NCBI GenBank assembly: GCA_950068325.1
Contig: CATMHQ010000004.1
Span: forward strand, 45-64,044
Length of the DNA stretch: 64,000 nt
Direction: 5' to 3'
Origin: an uncultured Fidelibacterota bacterium
Lineage (GTDB): Bacteria; Fidelibacterota; Marinisomatia; Marinisomatales; UBA1611
In this document: piece by piece, positions 9,545-19,969 of the stretch
Layout: the number at the start of each line of letters is the position of its first letter
Position numbering within the stretch: position 1 is the stretch's first letter
Notes under the pieces: model-generated
The model's input: the letters and a program-made list of their open reading frames with translations, nothing else
Databases searched by the model: none
What the model was told of the DNA's origin: nothing
Made by a program: the position numbers and the translations under genes

Positions 9545-11459
9545 GGCTTTCCACCACACTGGGGTCGGCCAGGGTAGAAATATCGCCCATATTCTCTAAA
9601 TCACCTTCAGCGATCTTTCTTAAGATTCGGCGCATGATTTTCCCGGAACGTGTTTTTGGGAGCGCAGGTGTGAACTGAATCTCATCCGGTTTTGCGTGAG
9701 GCCCGATCTCCTTGGTCACCGAAGCACGAATACCATCATAAATTTCATCGGATGCTTCCACACCGGTCATGAGGGTTACAAAGGCATAGATACCCTGACC
9801 TTTAATGTCATGCGGATAGCCCACAACAGCCGCTTCAGCAACACCATTGGCTTTCCCGATTGCTCCTTCTACTTCTGCCGTGCCGATGCGGTGCCCGGAA
9901 ACATTCAACACATCATCCACTCGGCCCGTGATCCAGTAATAGCCATCCTCATCCCTTTTGGCGCCGTCGCCGGTAAAATAGTATCCGGGGAATTGTTTAA
10001 AATATGTTTCAATAAAGCGTTTTTGATCGCCATAAATAGTTCGCATTTGCCCCGGCCAAGATGATTTGATCACCAAAAGTCCAGATACATCATGCCCTTC
10101 AATTTCTTGTCCTTCTTCCGTGAGTAAAACAGGCTCGATTCCGAAGAACGGAAATGTAGCTGATCCCGGTTTTGTTGGGGTTGCGCCGGGAAGCGGTGTT
10201 ATGAGAATGCCACCTGTTTCCGTCTGCCACCATGTATCAACAATGGGACATTTCCCTTTGCCCACAATATCGTGATACCAATTCCATTCCGGTTCCTTGA
10301 TCGGTTCCCCTACGGTTCCAAGCAATCGCAAAGAAGATAAGTCTCGAGATGTCACCCAATCATTCCCTTCTTTCATCAGGGCTCTGAGTGCCGTTGGCGC
10401 TGTATAAAACTGGTTTACTTTATGCTTGTCAACCACATCCCAAAATCGTCCATAATCAGGAAAATTAGGAACACCTTCAAACATCACCGTGGTGGCACGA
10501 TTTGCCAAGGGGCCATAAACGATATAGGAATGTCCGGTGATCCAACCCAGATCCGCAGTGCACCAGTAAATGTCGCCGGGCTTATAATCAAACACCATTT
10601 CATGGGTGAATGCTGCGTAAGTCAAATAGCCGCCTGTTGTATGGAGCACACCTTTCGGTGTTCCAGTAGAACCGGACGTATAAAGAATGAAAAGTGGATC
10701 TTCAGCATCCATCACTTCCGGTTCACACTTCGCATCCACACCGGAAATTGCTTCATGCCACCAAAGATCTCGTTCTGTATCCATATTCACAGGTTCTCCC
10801 GTCCGTCGAACTACAATAACATGTTCGATGGATGGTGTATTTTTTAAAGCATTATCCGCATTCGTTTTCATGGGAATATTTTGTTTTGTCCCGCGGACGC
10901 CTGTGTCCTGTGTCACTAAAATTTTACATTCAGAATCATTAATCCGATCTCGAAGTGAATCACTGGAAAAAGCACCAAAAACCACCGAATGGACCGCACC
11001 GATCCGGGCGCAAGCCAAAACAGCGAAGGCCAGTTCCGGTACCATTTGCATATAAATACAAACACGATCCCCTTTTTCTACTCCCAATTCTTTAAGAGCA
11101 TTTGCAAAGTAAGAGACTTCTTTTAAAAGATCATTATACGTGAATTTTCTTGATTGATTTGGATCATTCCCTTCCCAGATAATGGCCGTTTCATTTCCAT
11201 ATCCATTTTTAATATGTCGATCAATGCAATTATAAGAAGCGTTAAGCTTTCCACCGCTGAACCATTCGATTTCTCCTTTAACAAAATCAAATTTTCGAAT
11301 AGTCGTCCAGGGCTCCATCCAATCTAATCTTTCAGCGATCTCTGCCCAAAATCCTTCTGGATCAGAAATTGAATCTTCGTATCTATTTTGATATGATTCC
11401 ATGGAAGCCACATGTGCTCTATTGGATGTTGATTCTGAAGGAGGGAATACGTTGGGCAT
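9528..11459 (-). CDS. acs: acetyl-CoA synthetase (AMP-forming)
   Basis: The ACS N-terminus [25 protein letters not shown], the AMP-binding motif [19 protein letters not shown] and the C-terminal [13 protein letters not shown] are present. I use ATG 11459 (MPNVFPP...). The track's 11513 start overlaps the upstream gene. Confidence 0.95.
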   Translation of the reverse strand: MPNVFPPSESTSNRAHVASMESYQNRYEDSISDPEGFWAEIAERLDWMEPWTTIRKFDFVKGEIEWFSGGKLNASYNCIDRHIKNGYGNETAIIWEGNDPNQSRKFTYNDLLKEVSYFANALKELGVEKGDRVCIYMQMVPELAFAVLACARIGAVHSVVFGAFSSDSLRDRINDSECKILVTQDTGVRGTKQNIPMKTNADNALKNTPSIEHVIVVRRTGEPVNMDTERDLWWHEAISGVDAKCEPEVMDAEDPLFILYTSGSTGTPKGVLHTTGGYLTYAAFTHEMVFDYKPGDIYWCTADLGWITGHSYIVYGPLANRATTVMFEGVPNFPDYGRFWDVVDKHKVNQFYTAPTALRALMKEGNDWVTSRDLSSLRLLGTVGEPIKEPEWNWYHDIVGKGKCPIVDTWWQTETGGILITPLPGATPTKPGSATFPFFGIEPVLLTEEGQEIEGHDVSGLLVIKSSWPGQMRTIYGDQKRFIETYFKQFPGYYFTGDGAKRDEDGYYWITGRVDDVLNVSGHRIGTAEVEGAIGKANGVAEAAVVGYPHDIKGQGIYAFVTLMTGVEASDEIYDGIRASVTKEIGPHAKPDEIQFTPALPKTRSGKIMRRILRKIAEGDLENMGDISTLADPSVVESLTAAH

Positions 11460-11472
11460 TTTTATCCTTATT

Positions 11473-11859
11473 TTAAATTGATTTTCCATGATTGATTTTC
11501 TGGTAGAAGCCATCCGAACTCTTTTTGACAGATACCATGGTGAATATTGCTGTGCAGGCTAGTATGCCATCTTCTTCATGACTCTCTTTAAATGCATCAA
11601 CCTGGATCACGATTGATGAATTCCCGGTTTTAATTATTCTTGATTCAAAATTCACCCAATTCCCTACATGGACTGGTTTAGTAAACTCTATAGAATCTAT
11701 AGCACGGGTTACAGCAACATCTGCTTCCGTGCCTTTCAAAAACCTAAAGGCTGCTTTTGCGGCTGCAATGTCCATCCAAGAAACCATTTGTCCACCGAAT
11801 AAGGTACCCACCACATTGGCATCCTGGGGCATAACGAGTTGAGAGTAGCGTGAAATCAT
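11473..11859 (-). CDS. acyl-CoA thioesterase, hotdog fold (YciA-like)
   Basis: 128 aa. [29 protein letters not shown] is the typical acyl-CoA thioesterase hotdog N-terminal block. It lies 13 nt upstream of acs. Confidence 0.8.
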   Translation of the reverse strand: MISRYSQLVMPQDANVVGTLFGGQMVSWMDIAAAKAAFRFLKGTEADVAVTRAIDSIEFTKPVHVGNWVNFESRIIKTGNSSIVIQVDAFKESHEEDGILACTAIFTMVSVKKSSDGFYQKINHGKSI

Positions 11860-11959
11860 ATGAATTTGAAAAATAATCTTTGATGAATTTAGGATGAAAC
11901 GATTGTCAATGATGAAAAAGTCATCAACGGAAAAAGAATGTTTTCTTAAATGTTACCCA

Positions 11960-12031
11960 TAGAAAAAGCCCCGTTAAAAAACCCTCGGAAAAAACTATTT
12001 TCCCTGAAGAGCACGCCACATCAACGGGGCT
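11960..12031 (-). terminator. long stem-loop followed by a U tract, downstream of the MFS gene
   Basis: In minus sense: AGCCCCGTT (12031-12023), about 47 nt containing an inner GGAAAA/TTTTCC hairpin, AACGGGGCT (11975-11967), then TTTTTCT. The loop is longer than in a canonical intrinsic terminator. Confidence 0.35.
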
Positions 12032-12085
12032 AAGTCCTGACTAAAGTTAAATCACAACCCTTTTTTAAATCAATATTTTTATCAA

Positions 12086-13360
12086 TTAATTTTTTCCGTA
12101 ATCTGCGGCTAATTTCTGGCCGGTTTCAAAATCCACTTTACTGAGAAGGATTGCACCTATTATAAATAAAATTAATATGGATAAAATTCCAAAACGAACA
12201 CTTCCCGTGACCAAGGTTACCGAGCCCATTAGCACCGGTCCTATGACTGCGGCGAACTTTCCAAGCATGTTGTAAAATCCAAAAAACTCTCCTTCTTTCC
12301 CCGCAGGAATGAGTCGTGCATACAAACTTCTACTCAAGGCTTGAATGCCGCCCTGGAACAAGCCGATCAATGCCGCCAATGCAAAAAAGTGGAGACGGTC
12401 ATTCATAAAATAGGCCAGAAAAGTGATTCCTGCATATCCGCCAATGGCTACAAATACTGCATTCTTGGTGCCGATCTTTTGAGCAAAGCGGTTATAAGCC
12501 AGGGCTGCGGGGAAGGCAATGAATTGGACCATGAGCAATGCAGCGATTAAATCACCTGCTTCAAATCCCAGGGATGATCCCATTTTTACGGCCATTCGAA
12601 TAATGGTATCTACGCCATCAATATAGAACCAATACGCAAGGAGAAACATACCAATAACTCTCATTTCTATGATATGGTTAAAAGTTTCCTTTAACTGTTT
12701 CGCACCCGCTTTTAACGCGAGAAGCAGGGGAACAGAATTTTCATTCTCAGGTTCTGGGACAAATAATAAAATAGGTACCGTAAAAATAGCCCACCAGACA
12801 GCCACCGTTAAAAATGATAATTTAATTGCGGTGGGCGCATCGGCAATCCCAAACCATTCTGGATATTGATACATGAGCACATTCACCAGGAATAATAGTC
12901 CACCGCCAATGTATCCCACAGCAAATCCCAATGACGAAACATAATCCACGTCCTCATTCGTAGCGATGGATGGTAATAAGGAATCATAAAAAATATTCCC
13001 GCCCAAAAAACCAACGGATGCTATCACATAAAATAAGATAGCAGTTTGCCATTCACCTTGGTCAACCATCCAGAGTCCACCTGTCATAAGAATACCCAAA
13101 TACGCAAAGAAAAACAGGAATTTCTTTTTAGCAGATCCACGATCTGCAACTGCACCGAGAAAAGGAGAAATGGCTGCAATCAGGATTGATGCGATGGAAT
13201 TGGCCCAACCCAACTGGTAGGTGCTCTGGATCACATCGTCCGGATTGGACCAGTATTTTTCAAAAAAGATGGGGAAGAATCCCGCCATGACCGTGGTTGA
13301 AAATGCAGAATTTGCCCAATCATAAAAGGCCCAACTCCACACTTTTTTCCGGTCATACAT
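12086..13360 (-). CDS. MFS transporter, UMF1 (Atg22-like) family
   Basis: 424 aa, 12 predicted TM helices. The N-terminus KKVWSWAFYDWANSAFSTTVMAGFFPIFF is characteristic of UMF1 family carriers. Confidence 0.8.
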   Translation of the reverse strand: MYDRKKVWSWAFYDWANSAFSTTVMAGFFPIFFEKYWSNPDDVIQSTYQLGWANSIASILIAAISPFLGAVADRGSAKKKFLFFFAYLGILMTGGLWMVDQGEWQTAILFYVIASVGFLGGNIFYDSLLPSIATNEDVDYVSSLGFAVGYIGGGLLFLVNVLMYQYPEWFGIADAPTAIKLSFLTVAVWWAIFTVPILLFVPEPENENSVPLLLALKAGAKQLKETFNHIIEMRVIGMFLLAYWFYIDGVDTIIRMAVKMGSSLGFEAGDLIAALLMVQFIAFPAALAYNRFAQKIGTKNAVFVAIGGYAGITFLAYFMNDRLHFFALAALIGLFQGGIQALSRSLYARLIPAGKEGEFFGFYNMLGKFAAVIGPVLMGSVTLVTGSVRFGILSILILFIIGAILLSKVDFETGQKLAADYGKN

Positions 13361-13368
13361 CTTTTAAC

Positions 13369-14904
13369 CTACCAGCCCTGGTAATAGCTTGTCATGCCCG
13401 TGTAAACATTCCAGCCATCAAATGTATTATCAGCGATGATACTGTTCCGGACGCCGGCATACAGGTCAAAAGAGATGGGACCTATCCTATTCTTGGAAAT
13501 GGAATTCAAGAACCATATTTCTGCCCGGACATCCATTCGTTTAAATGATGAATTATAGCCCACATGTTCCTGCATCCATTTATCCCAACCCGGATCCTGG
13601 GAAACAAAGCGGTCCTGCCCTTTAAAAGTATAATTTAACTCTGTACGGATCCGGAGTTGGTTTGGTATCATCTCCAATTCTCCCCCGGCCCGTAAGAAAA
13701 ATCCCAGGCCCTGATCAAATTTATAGGTATTGCCAATCTGACTCATGATGGAATCCGGGTGCGTATGCCCGCCGGAAAAAAGTCCTACCGGTGTATTCAG
13801 GATTTCCGGCGTACTGTTCTTAATGAGCATTTGGAAATACAGCTGTCCTTTGGCGCTGCCTTTTAACCCCGAATTTCCATAGAATCCAACGGACCATCTG
13901 CTGACCCCGCTTCCGATTTTTGCTTCCTTGAATTGCTTTGAACCGGCTTTAAAGGAAGAAAGTGTCTTCCCATAGGGAATGTCTAAAAAGATCTGTGCAT
14001 AGAGCGCATCAGCCCCGCCGTCTGTTGCCCAGGACGGGTTTCCTCTCAATAAAATGGTGGCGCCCACCGTTACATCATTCACCCCGGAACCCGTTTTTTG
14101 GGCAGGATAATAATAGGAAATCAGATCTGCCAGGGAGACTGTATCTTTCCCGATCTCCGACGGAATGAACCTTGAATCGACCAGGAGATTGTTAATTGGA
14201 TCATTGTCAGCATGAGTTGCCCACAGGACAGAATATTCACTGCTCTTTTTATAAAAAGTTTCGTAAATGGCGGTAAGCGTGTCTCTCAATCCCCTTCTTA
14301 AGCTGGAATAATTACCCGAATTGATAAAATCAAAAAAATTATTTTTCGCATTGCTATGATAATTCAAAAGGACATCCACGTCATCCATACCATTCACTGA
14401 ATAATCTGTAATGGATTGGTCGATCGTGTACGAATCCAGGATGGGAATGGATACACTTAGTGTAACTTCATTGGACATCCCATATTCAATCATAAATGAT
14501 TTACCGGTTGTCTTTTTATCCCGGGATTCCAAAAACGTGCCGGATGGAAAAACACCTTTTGATGTATCAATAAGTTGGGCGCCGAATACGGGTAAAGAAA
14601 ATCCATGGTCAACATTGAATTGGGTGAGCCATTCTTCAATCGTATTCACAGAATCCAGCATTAAGGTGCCGTTGTGATAAAGGTCATAATTGGAAGAAAA
14701 ACGTACGGAATCGTTGTGGGTTAAATTGTCAAAATAGTGTCGCCCGATTCCTCGTAGATCAAAGGATTGTTCTTCCAATTCCCATTTTGATTCTGAAATA
14801 CTGGTTCCAAAAGAAAAGCGGAATACATTGCTGGGGACTGTTGGAAGAATTTGCCCAAACAAAAAACCTGCCTCTAAAAGGAAGGTGAAAAGTAGTTTCA
14901 TCAA
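13369..14904 (-). CDS. hypothetical outer-membrane protein (probable beta-barrel)
   Basis: 511 aa. It has an N-terminal signal-like segment, alternating beta-strand-like composition rich in G/S/N/Y, and the C-terminal aromatic end ...TSYYQGW. I recognise no family. Confidence 0.5.
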   Translation of the reverse strand: MMKLLFTFLLEAGFLFGQILPTVPSNVFRFSFGTSISESKWELEEQSFDLRGIGRHYFDNLTHNDSVRFSSNYDLYHNGTLMLDSVNTIEEWLTQFNVDHGFSLPVFGAQLIDTSKGVFPSGTFLESRDKKTTGKSFMIEYGMSNEVTLSVSIPILDSYTIDQSITDYSVNGMDDVDVLLNYHSNAKNNFFDFINSGNYSSLRRGLRDTLTAIYETFYKKSSEYSVLWATHADNDPINNLLVDSRFIPSEIGKDTVSLADLISYYYPAQKTGSGVNDVTVGATILLRGNPSWATDGGADALYAQIFLDIPYGKTLSSFKAGSKQFKEAKIGSGVSRWSVGFYGNSGLKGSAKGQLYFQMLIKNSTPEILNTPVGLFSGGHTHPDSIMSQIGNTYKFDQGLGFFLRAGGELEMIPNQLRIRTELNYTFKGQDRFVSQDPGWDKWMQEHVGYNSSFKRMDVRAEIWFLNSISKNRIGPISFDLYAGVRNSIIADNTFDGWNVYTGMTSYYQGW

Positions 14905-16205
14905 TAGATCAAAAAAGGCTGCCTGAATTCGTTGAATTTTAAAACATCATGGAGCCATTGGGGCGGCAAATGATCAGGTGGCTTCCTTTGCGCAGCTAAC
15001 ACCCTTAACAAATCCGAACCAAACAACTTGTCAATATATCCATCCGCTTTCCACTGGAATTCCCGGGGATGAAGTTGGTTGATCAACAACATAATCGTTG
15101 TGGCGGTATTAAGTGGACTGAACTCATCCCGGTCGGTAATCACCAATTGAATTCCACCGCAGGACTGGCCATCATATTGGGGAACACGAGTATAATAAAT
15201 AGATCCGGTGGGACGATAGTTCACTGCTTTGAATTCAACACCTTTCAACCCTTGGCTATTGAGCTTTTCCAATAGAAAAGACGTGCCCAGCCAGGGCGAG
15301 CCAACAATCAAGTAAGGCGTCTCCGTTCCAAAACCAATATTCATGTTGGTTCCCCGGAAAAGATCCATCCCCACATAAGCGAGCAAACTCTCTTCGTTGC
15401 GAAGAAACGGTGTTGGATGGCGCCAGGCAATTTTCGTCTCATTAAACCACATTTCACGATCCCAGTTTGACATAGGCACCACCGTGAGTTCAACCCGCTT
15501 CAGATCTTTGATCCAACCCATTTCATTGATCAGGATGGACACTTCTCCCAATGTCAGTCCATGACGGATGGGAAAAAGGTGGTAAGATTCATAAGACTGA
15601 AATTCTGTCCGAGGTATGGGCCCATCCACAATATCGCCTCGCAAGGGATTCGGACGATCCAGTACCATCACCGGGATCTGCCACTCCGAAGCAGATTCAA
15701 ATAATTTGGACATGGTGGTAATCATGGTGGAGTACCGGGAACCTGTATCCTGAAAATCAACAATAACCAAGTCAACCTTATCCATGATCCAATGAGGTGG
15801 ATGGACGTATTTATTGAACATATCAATGATAGGCGCACCGTGAACTGGATCAATTTGTTCTCGTCCAACCAGCTTGGCTCGACTGTCATCTATGCCCCAG
15901 ATGCCATGCTCCGGTGCGAGTAAGGCAACCACCTTTACCTCAGGTGCGTCCTTCAATAGATCCAAAATATGAGTGCCGTTTCGGTTCACAGCCGTCTGGT
16001 TGGTAAACAAGGCGACGGACTTCCCTTCAATGGGCTTAAAGTCCATTTGCTCCAAAATATCCAAGCCGGAATAAACCTGTTTAAAGAAAGATAAGTCGGG
16101 CGTCTCTAAAAGAGTGGAATATTGAAATGAATGACCGGAAGAATCCTGGCCCAGGGAAATTGTGCAGGCGATAAACACTAAAAGGTTGTGGCGGAATGGC
16201 TTCAT
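14901..16205 (-). CDS. DUF1343 family protein (exo-beta-N-acetylmuramidase NamZ-like)
   Basis: 434 aa. GKSVALFTNQTAVNRNG, VVALLAPEHGIWG, DLVIVDFQDTGSRYSTMITTM and VLDRPNPLRGD match the DUF1343/YbbC blocks. It has a signal peptide. Confidence 0.85.
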   Translation of the reverse strand: MKPFRHNLLVFIACTISLGQDSSGHSFQYSTLLETPDLSFFKQVYSGLDILEQMDFKPIEGKSVALFTNQTAVNRNGTHILDLLKDAPEVKVVALLAPEHGIWGIDDSRAKLVGREQIDPVHGAPIIDMFNKYVHPPHWIMDKVDLVIVDFQDTGSRYSTMITTMSKLFESASEWQIPVMVLDRPNPLRGDIVDGPIPRTEFQSYESYHLFPIRHGLTLGEVSILINEMGWIKDLKRVELTVVPMSNWDREMWFNETKIAWRHPTPFLRNEESLLAYVGMDLFRGTNMNIGFGTETPYLIVGSPWLGTSFLLEKLNSQGLKGVEFKAVNYRPTGSIYYTRVPQYDGQSCGGIQLVITDRDEFSPLNTATTIMLLINQLHPREFQWKADGYIDKLFGSDLLRVLAAQRKPPDHLPPQWLHDVLKFNEFRQPFLIY

Positions 16206-16312
16206 TTTCTTATTTAAAATTAGTCGGAAAGGGTGGGAATCTAAATAAGAAACTCAAATTTTAATTCAAAGGGTTGATTTTAATATTGAAATTCACCACA
16301 TTCCATATACCT

Positions 16313-17842
16313 ATGAGTGATTCAAATAATAATAACAGCGGCGGTTTCGCCAAAACGACCGATTTCAAATGGCTTGGAATTGGTCTTTTAGTTTTTATCC
16401 TAATTGCTTTCATTATGCCAACACCAGAATCCATGACCCAAAAGGCTCAGGAACTGTTTGGGAGTGATGCATCCATGGATGTTTCTCAGAAAGCAACTCA
16501 CATTCAACTCACCATGGCTCTGCTGGCCATGTGTGTGGTTTTCTTTGCCACCGAAGCGGTGCCCATGCCGGCAGTTGCCCTCTTGATTGGTTTGGTGCAA
16601 CTCTTCTTTGGGATTACAGAACCGGGAATGCTCGCCAAGACCTATGCCCACGATGCAGTTTGGTTCATCGCGGGATCTTTGGCATTAGGGGCGACCCTTG
16701 TGAAATACGGTCTCGATAAGCGTGTTGGTATGCTTGTGGTGAGTCTCGCAGGAACAAAAACTCGAAACATCGTTATTGGGATTCTTCTTGGAACCGCAAT
16801 TCCAACAGCCTTTGTGGGTGAGCATGCGGTTGCTGCAATGTATGTGCCCATCGCTATGGCCCTTTATACATTGACAAATAAATCTACCCCTGCACCACGG
16901 CTTGGAACTCTGCTCATGATAACCATTGCTGTGGGCTGCATGATTGGCGGCCCCATGAGCCCCACCGGCGGAGCACGGAATGCACTCATGATCGGTTTTC
17001 TCAGTAATATGGGTATTGATATTTCATTCATGGAATGGGTCACCATGGGCGTTGCTTATACCATAATTATGTCAGTAGTGATGGCATTTCTATTGCCTTT
17101 ACTCTTTAAACCGGAAGTGGATGACTTAAGTGAAGCAGTTGATTTCCTGAAAAAAGATCTGGAAAAGCATGGCGCTATGACCGGAAAACAAAAACTGGTT
17201 GCAGCCATCATGGGATTGGTGGTATTCCTCTGGATCACAGATAAAACTTTAGTTGCAGGTTTACTCGGATTCTCACTTGGATTAGGTGGAATCGCTATTT
17301 CCGGTGCTGTTCTTTACATGTTAAGTGGACTCACCTCATGGAAAGATTATGAAGATAGAGTTAGTTGGGGCGTCATTGTCCTTTATGCCGGTTGTATCAG
17401 CCTGGGAATAGTTTTTAAGGCTACAGGCGCGTCCAGTTGGTTTGCTGATCAAATTATGGATATGGTGGCGCCTTTAGGACTTGATTCCGGTGTTGGCCTC
17501 GTGATCCTCATGTGCTGCATTGGTGCGGTTCTTACAAACCTCATGAGTGCTGGTGCTACAGTCGCTGTAATTGGTCCGGTTGTCCTGGACATGGCTGTCG
17601 CTTCAAATACCAATCCTATCCTCGTGGGCGTTGGCCTTGCCATTGCTACATCTATGGCCTATTGGCTTGTGATCGGGACGCCTGCCAGTTCCATCGTTTA
17701 TGCCAGTGGACAATTAGAATCAAAAGATTTTATACGGATGGCAACTTTGGGTTGGCCTATCGCACTGTTCGCTTTATCTGTCATTATTGTGCTTTACTGG
17801 GTTGGGGTATTGGGAATTGATCCTGCAGGAATGGGATTTTAA
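16313..17842 (+). CDS. SLC13/DASS-type anion:sodium symporter family permease
   Basis: Polytopic protein. TEAVPMPAVALLIGL and a duplicated hairpin-type motif region (GGPMSPTGGARNALM / IGTPASSIVYASG) are present. I start it at ATG 16313, because the track start 16274 is a TTG. Confidence 0.75.
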   Translation: MSDSNNNNSGGFAKTTDFKWLGIGLLVFILIAFIMPTPESMTQKAQELFGSDASMDVSQKATHIQLTMALLAMCVVFFATEAVPMPAVALLIGLVQLFFGITEPGMLAKTYAHDAVWFIAGSLALGATLVKYGLDKRVGMLVVSLAGTKTRNIVIGILLGTAIPTAFVGEHAVAAMYVPIAMALYTLTNKSTPAPRLGTLLMITIAVGCMIGGPMSPTGGARNALMIGFLSNMGIDISFMEWVTMGVAYTIIMSVVMAFLLPLLFKPEVDDLSEAVDFLKKDLEKHGAMTGKQKLVAAIMGLVVFLWITDKTLVAGLLGFSLGLGGIAISGAVLYMLSGLTSWKDYEDRVSWGVIVLYAGCISLGIVFKATGASSWFADQIMDMVAPLGLDSGVGLVILMCCIGAVLTNLMSAGATVAVIGPVVLDMAVASNTNPILVGVGLAIATSMAYWLVIGTPASSIVYASGQLESKDFIRMATLGWPIALFALSVIIVLYWVGVLGIDPAGMGF

Positions 17843-17854
17843 AGGAGGTGTGAT

Positions 17855-18184
17855 ATGGAAATTTTAATCATTGTTATATTAGTTGGGGTAGTGATCTACG
17901 GATTAATGGAAAAAAGAGAAAAGAAAGGTAGCAAACTCGATTCTGACCTCGCAGTTCAGAAAGCCCAAAAAGATGCAGATGCCTATGCGGATGTTGTTTC
18001 TTATGGGCAAGTTCAGGAACGGAAAGGACAATTGTATGAATTGATCGATGCCAATCTTGGGGAGCATCCTGAACAATTGGTACAACTCAAAAATATTATC
18101 GAGGATTGGGCAAATCTCAAGGTTGAATCATTTGAGAATCGTCGTTCTTGGGTTCGCAATCCGGGACAAAAGAAAGAAGATTAG
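17855..18184 (+). CDS. hypothetical small membrane-anchored protein
   Basis: 109 aa with one N-terminal TM helix (MEILIIVILVGVVIYGL) and a charged helical remainder. It is tightly packed between neighbouring + strand genes. I recognise no family. Confidence 0.4.
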   Translation: MEILIIVILVGVVIYGLMEKREKKGSKLDSDLAVQKAQKDADAYADVVSYGQVQERKGQLYELIDANLGEHPEQLVQLKNIIEDWANLKVESFENRRSWVRNPGQKKED

Positions 18185-18187
18185 ATT

Positions 18188-18571
18188 ATGGATGGCGGAT
18201 GTTTTTGTGGAAAGATCCGCTTTTCTACAACCATAGATCCAAAATGGGTGGTGAATTGCCACTGCGATAATTGCAAACGATCTGTGGGCGCGCCCTTCGT
18301 CACTTGGGCTGTTTTCGAAAAAGACAGCCTTACGTTTAACATAATTCCCCCAACCCACACCGCCCCAAACCGAGCCGTTCGCACATTTTGCGATACCTGT
18401 GGGACAGCCATCGCTTATTGGCATCCCAATCAAAAAAGTGTCATAGATATTACAGTTGGATGTTTGGACGAACCTGAAAAATGTCCACCTGAACGAAATA
18501 TCTGGACAAAGAAGCGGTTATCATGGATTGAAGAGTTGGGGGATATCCCAGACCATTCTATTTATCCATAA
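18188..18571 (+). CDS. GFA (glutathione-dependent formaldehyde-activating / CENP-V-like) family zinc protein
   Basis: 127 aa. The Cys pattern GGCFCGKIRF ... CHCDNCKR ... FCDTCGT is typical of the GFA family. Confidence 0.85.
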   Translation: MDGGCFCGKIRFSTTIDPKWVVNCHCDNCKRSVGAPFVTWAVFEKDSLTFNIIPPTHTAPNRAVRTFCDTCGTAIAYWHPNQKSVIDITVGCLDEPEKCPPERNIWTKKRLSWIEELGDIPDHSIYP

Positions 18572-18860
18572 ATGGAGATCAAAATTGTGGTGGTTGGAAA
18601 GGTGACGGAAAAGGCATTCTAAAACCGACAAGCAGAATATCTCAAATGGGCGAAAAAGGATATTCCTGTTGAATTGATTAAATTAAAAGATGGAAAGCCC
18701 AAAGAGGTTATTTCAAAACGCAGAAATTCGAAAAAAAGTGAATCATTTAATGTCATTTTCTAAAATGACATTCCCTCACGAAATGGTACATATGATCTTA
18801 TCGGAACAACTCTTCCGGGCGGTGTCGATCCGGAAAGGCAGTAAATACCACCGGGAATAG
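18572..18860 (+). pseudogene. rlmH: rlmH (23S rRNA m3-pseudouridine1915 methyltransferase) relic: in-frame stop, internal deletion and frameshift
   Basis: Frame of ATG 18572 reads [41 protein letters not shown]..., with TAA at 18620-18622. This resembles the E. coli RlmH N-terminus [42 protein letters not shown]. A different frame (18690-18860) reads [56 protein letters not shown]. This resembles the B. subtilis/E. coli C-terminus [35 protein letters not shown] / HPYHRE. The whole span is 289 nt, against roughly 470 nt for an intact gene. Confidence 0.7.
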
Positions 18861-18862
18861 GG

Positions 18863-19969
18863 TTATACGATAATTCGTTTTGTTCGGCCGTGGATGTCCG
18901 TGAGTAAAACATAGGTGGTTGTGCCAATGGCTTCAGCAATGGTTTCAACCGGAATCTCGTTTTCATCCTTCCTACCAAAGAAAAGGACTTCTTCCCCTTC
19001 TTCCGGCTCTTTATCACCAAAATCTACCATGAGTTGATCCATGCACACACGGCCGGCGATTTTGTAATTCTGGCCTCCATAACTCACATATCCTTTTTCA
19101 TACCAGGAACGGGGAAATCCGTCCGCAAACCCGGTTTGGATCACGGCGATATTAGTATCTTTTTCTGTACTGTAAACACCGCCATAACTCACTTGTGTTC
19201 CCGCCTTCACCCTGCGGACATTCACAATAGGACCGCAAAAACTCATGACCGGTTCCACGGGAATATCCATGGGTACTTCGTCTGATGGCGGTACACCGTA
19301 TAGGAGCATACCAACTCGAATTAAATTGAAATAAGCATTGGGCAAATTCAGGATCGCGCCACTATTGGAACAATGAACATAGTTGAAATCAATTCCTAAA
19401 CTTTTCCCTTTCTCAACAATTTCATTGAATTGTTTCAATTGGGATTCTGCATATGAGAGATCACCTTCATCTGCGGTGGCAAAATGGGAATAGATCCCTT
19501 CCGGATAAAGATCATTTTTATTTATAAAGGAAAAAACAGAATCTGCCTCTGCAGGATCAAATCCCAGCCGTGTCATACCCGTATCAAACTTGAGATGAAA
19601 GGTGGGACAATTTCCACCATTGGATTTGAATTCTGCCAATGCTTTAAGATCAGCCATTGCACACACATTTAAGGTAAAATTGAATTTAACAGCCTTTGGT
19701 AAATAATCCGGCTGCATCCGTGAAAAGATCAGTATCTCATTCTCGATCCCATTTTCACGGAGTTCAATGGCTTCTTCAAAAGCAAAAACTGCCAAGATGA
19801 TTCCCGGTTCTTTTGCAAGGACTTTAGAGACTTCAATTGCACCGTGGCCGTAGCCATTCGCCTTCACCACACAAACGAGTTTTCGGTCACCTACATGTCG
19901 TCGAATATTCCATAGGTTTCGCTTGAGCCTGTCCGTATGAATGTATGCTTTGGGTCGATTAAAATTCAT
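18863..19969 (-). CDS. alr: alanine racemase
   Basis: 368 aa. The PLP-lysine block VVKANGYGHG and the typical C-terminal GRVCMDQLMVD are present. Confidence 0.95.
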   Translation of the reverse strand: MNFNRPKAYIHTDRLKRNLWNIRRHVGDRKLVCVVKANGYGHGAIEVSKVLAKEPGIILAVFAFEEAIELRENGIENEILIFSRMQPDYLPKAVKFNFTLNVCAMADLKALAEFKSNGGNCPTFHLKFDTGMTRLGFDPAEADSVFSFINKNDLYPEGIYSHFATADEGDLSYAESQLKQFNEIVEKGKSLGIDFNYVHCSNSGAILNLPNAYFNLIRVGMLLYGVPPSDEVPMDIPVEPVMSFCGPIVNVRRVKAGTQVSYGGVYSTEKDTNIAVIQTGFADGFPRSWYEKGYVSYGGQNYKIAGRVCMDQLMVDFGDKEPEEGEEVLFFGRKDENEIPVETIAEAIGTTTYVLLTDIHGRTKRIIV

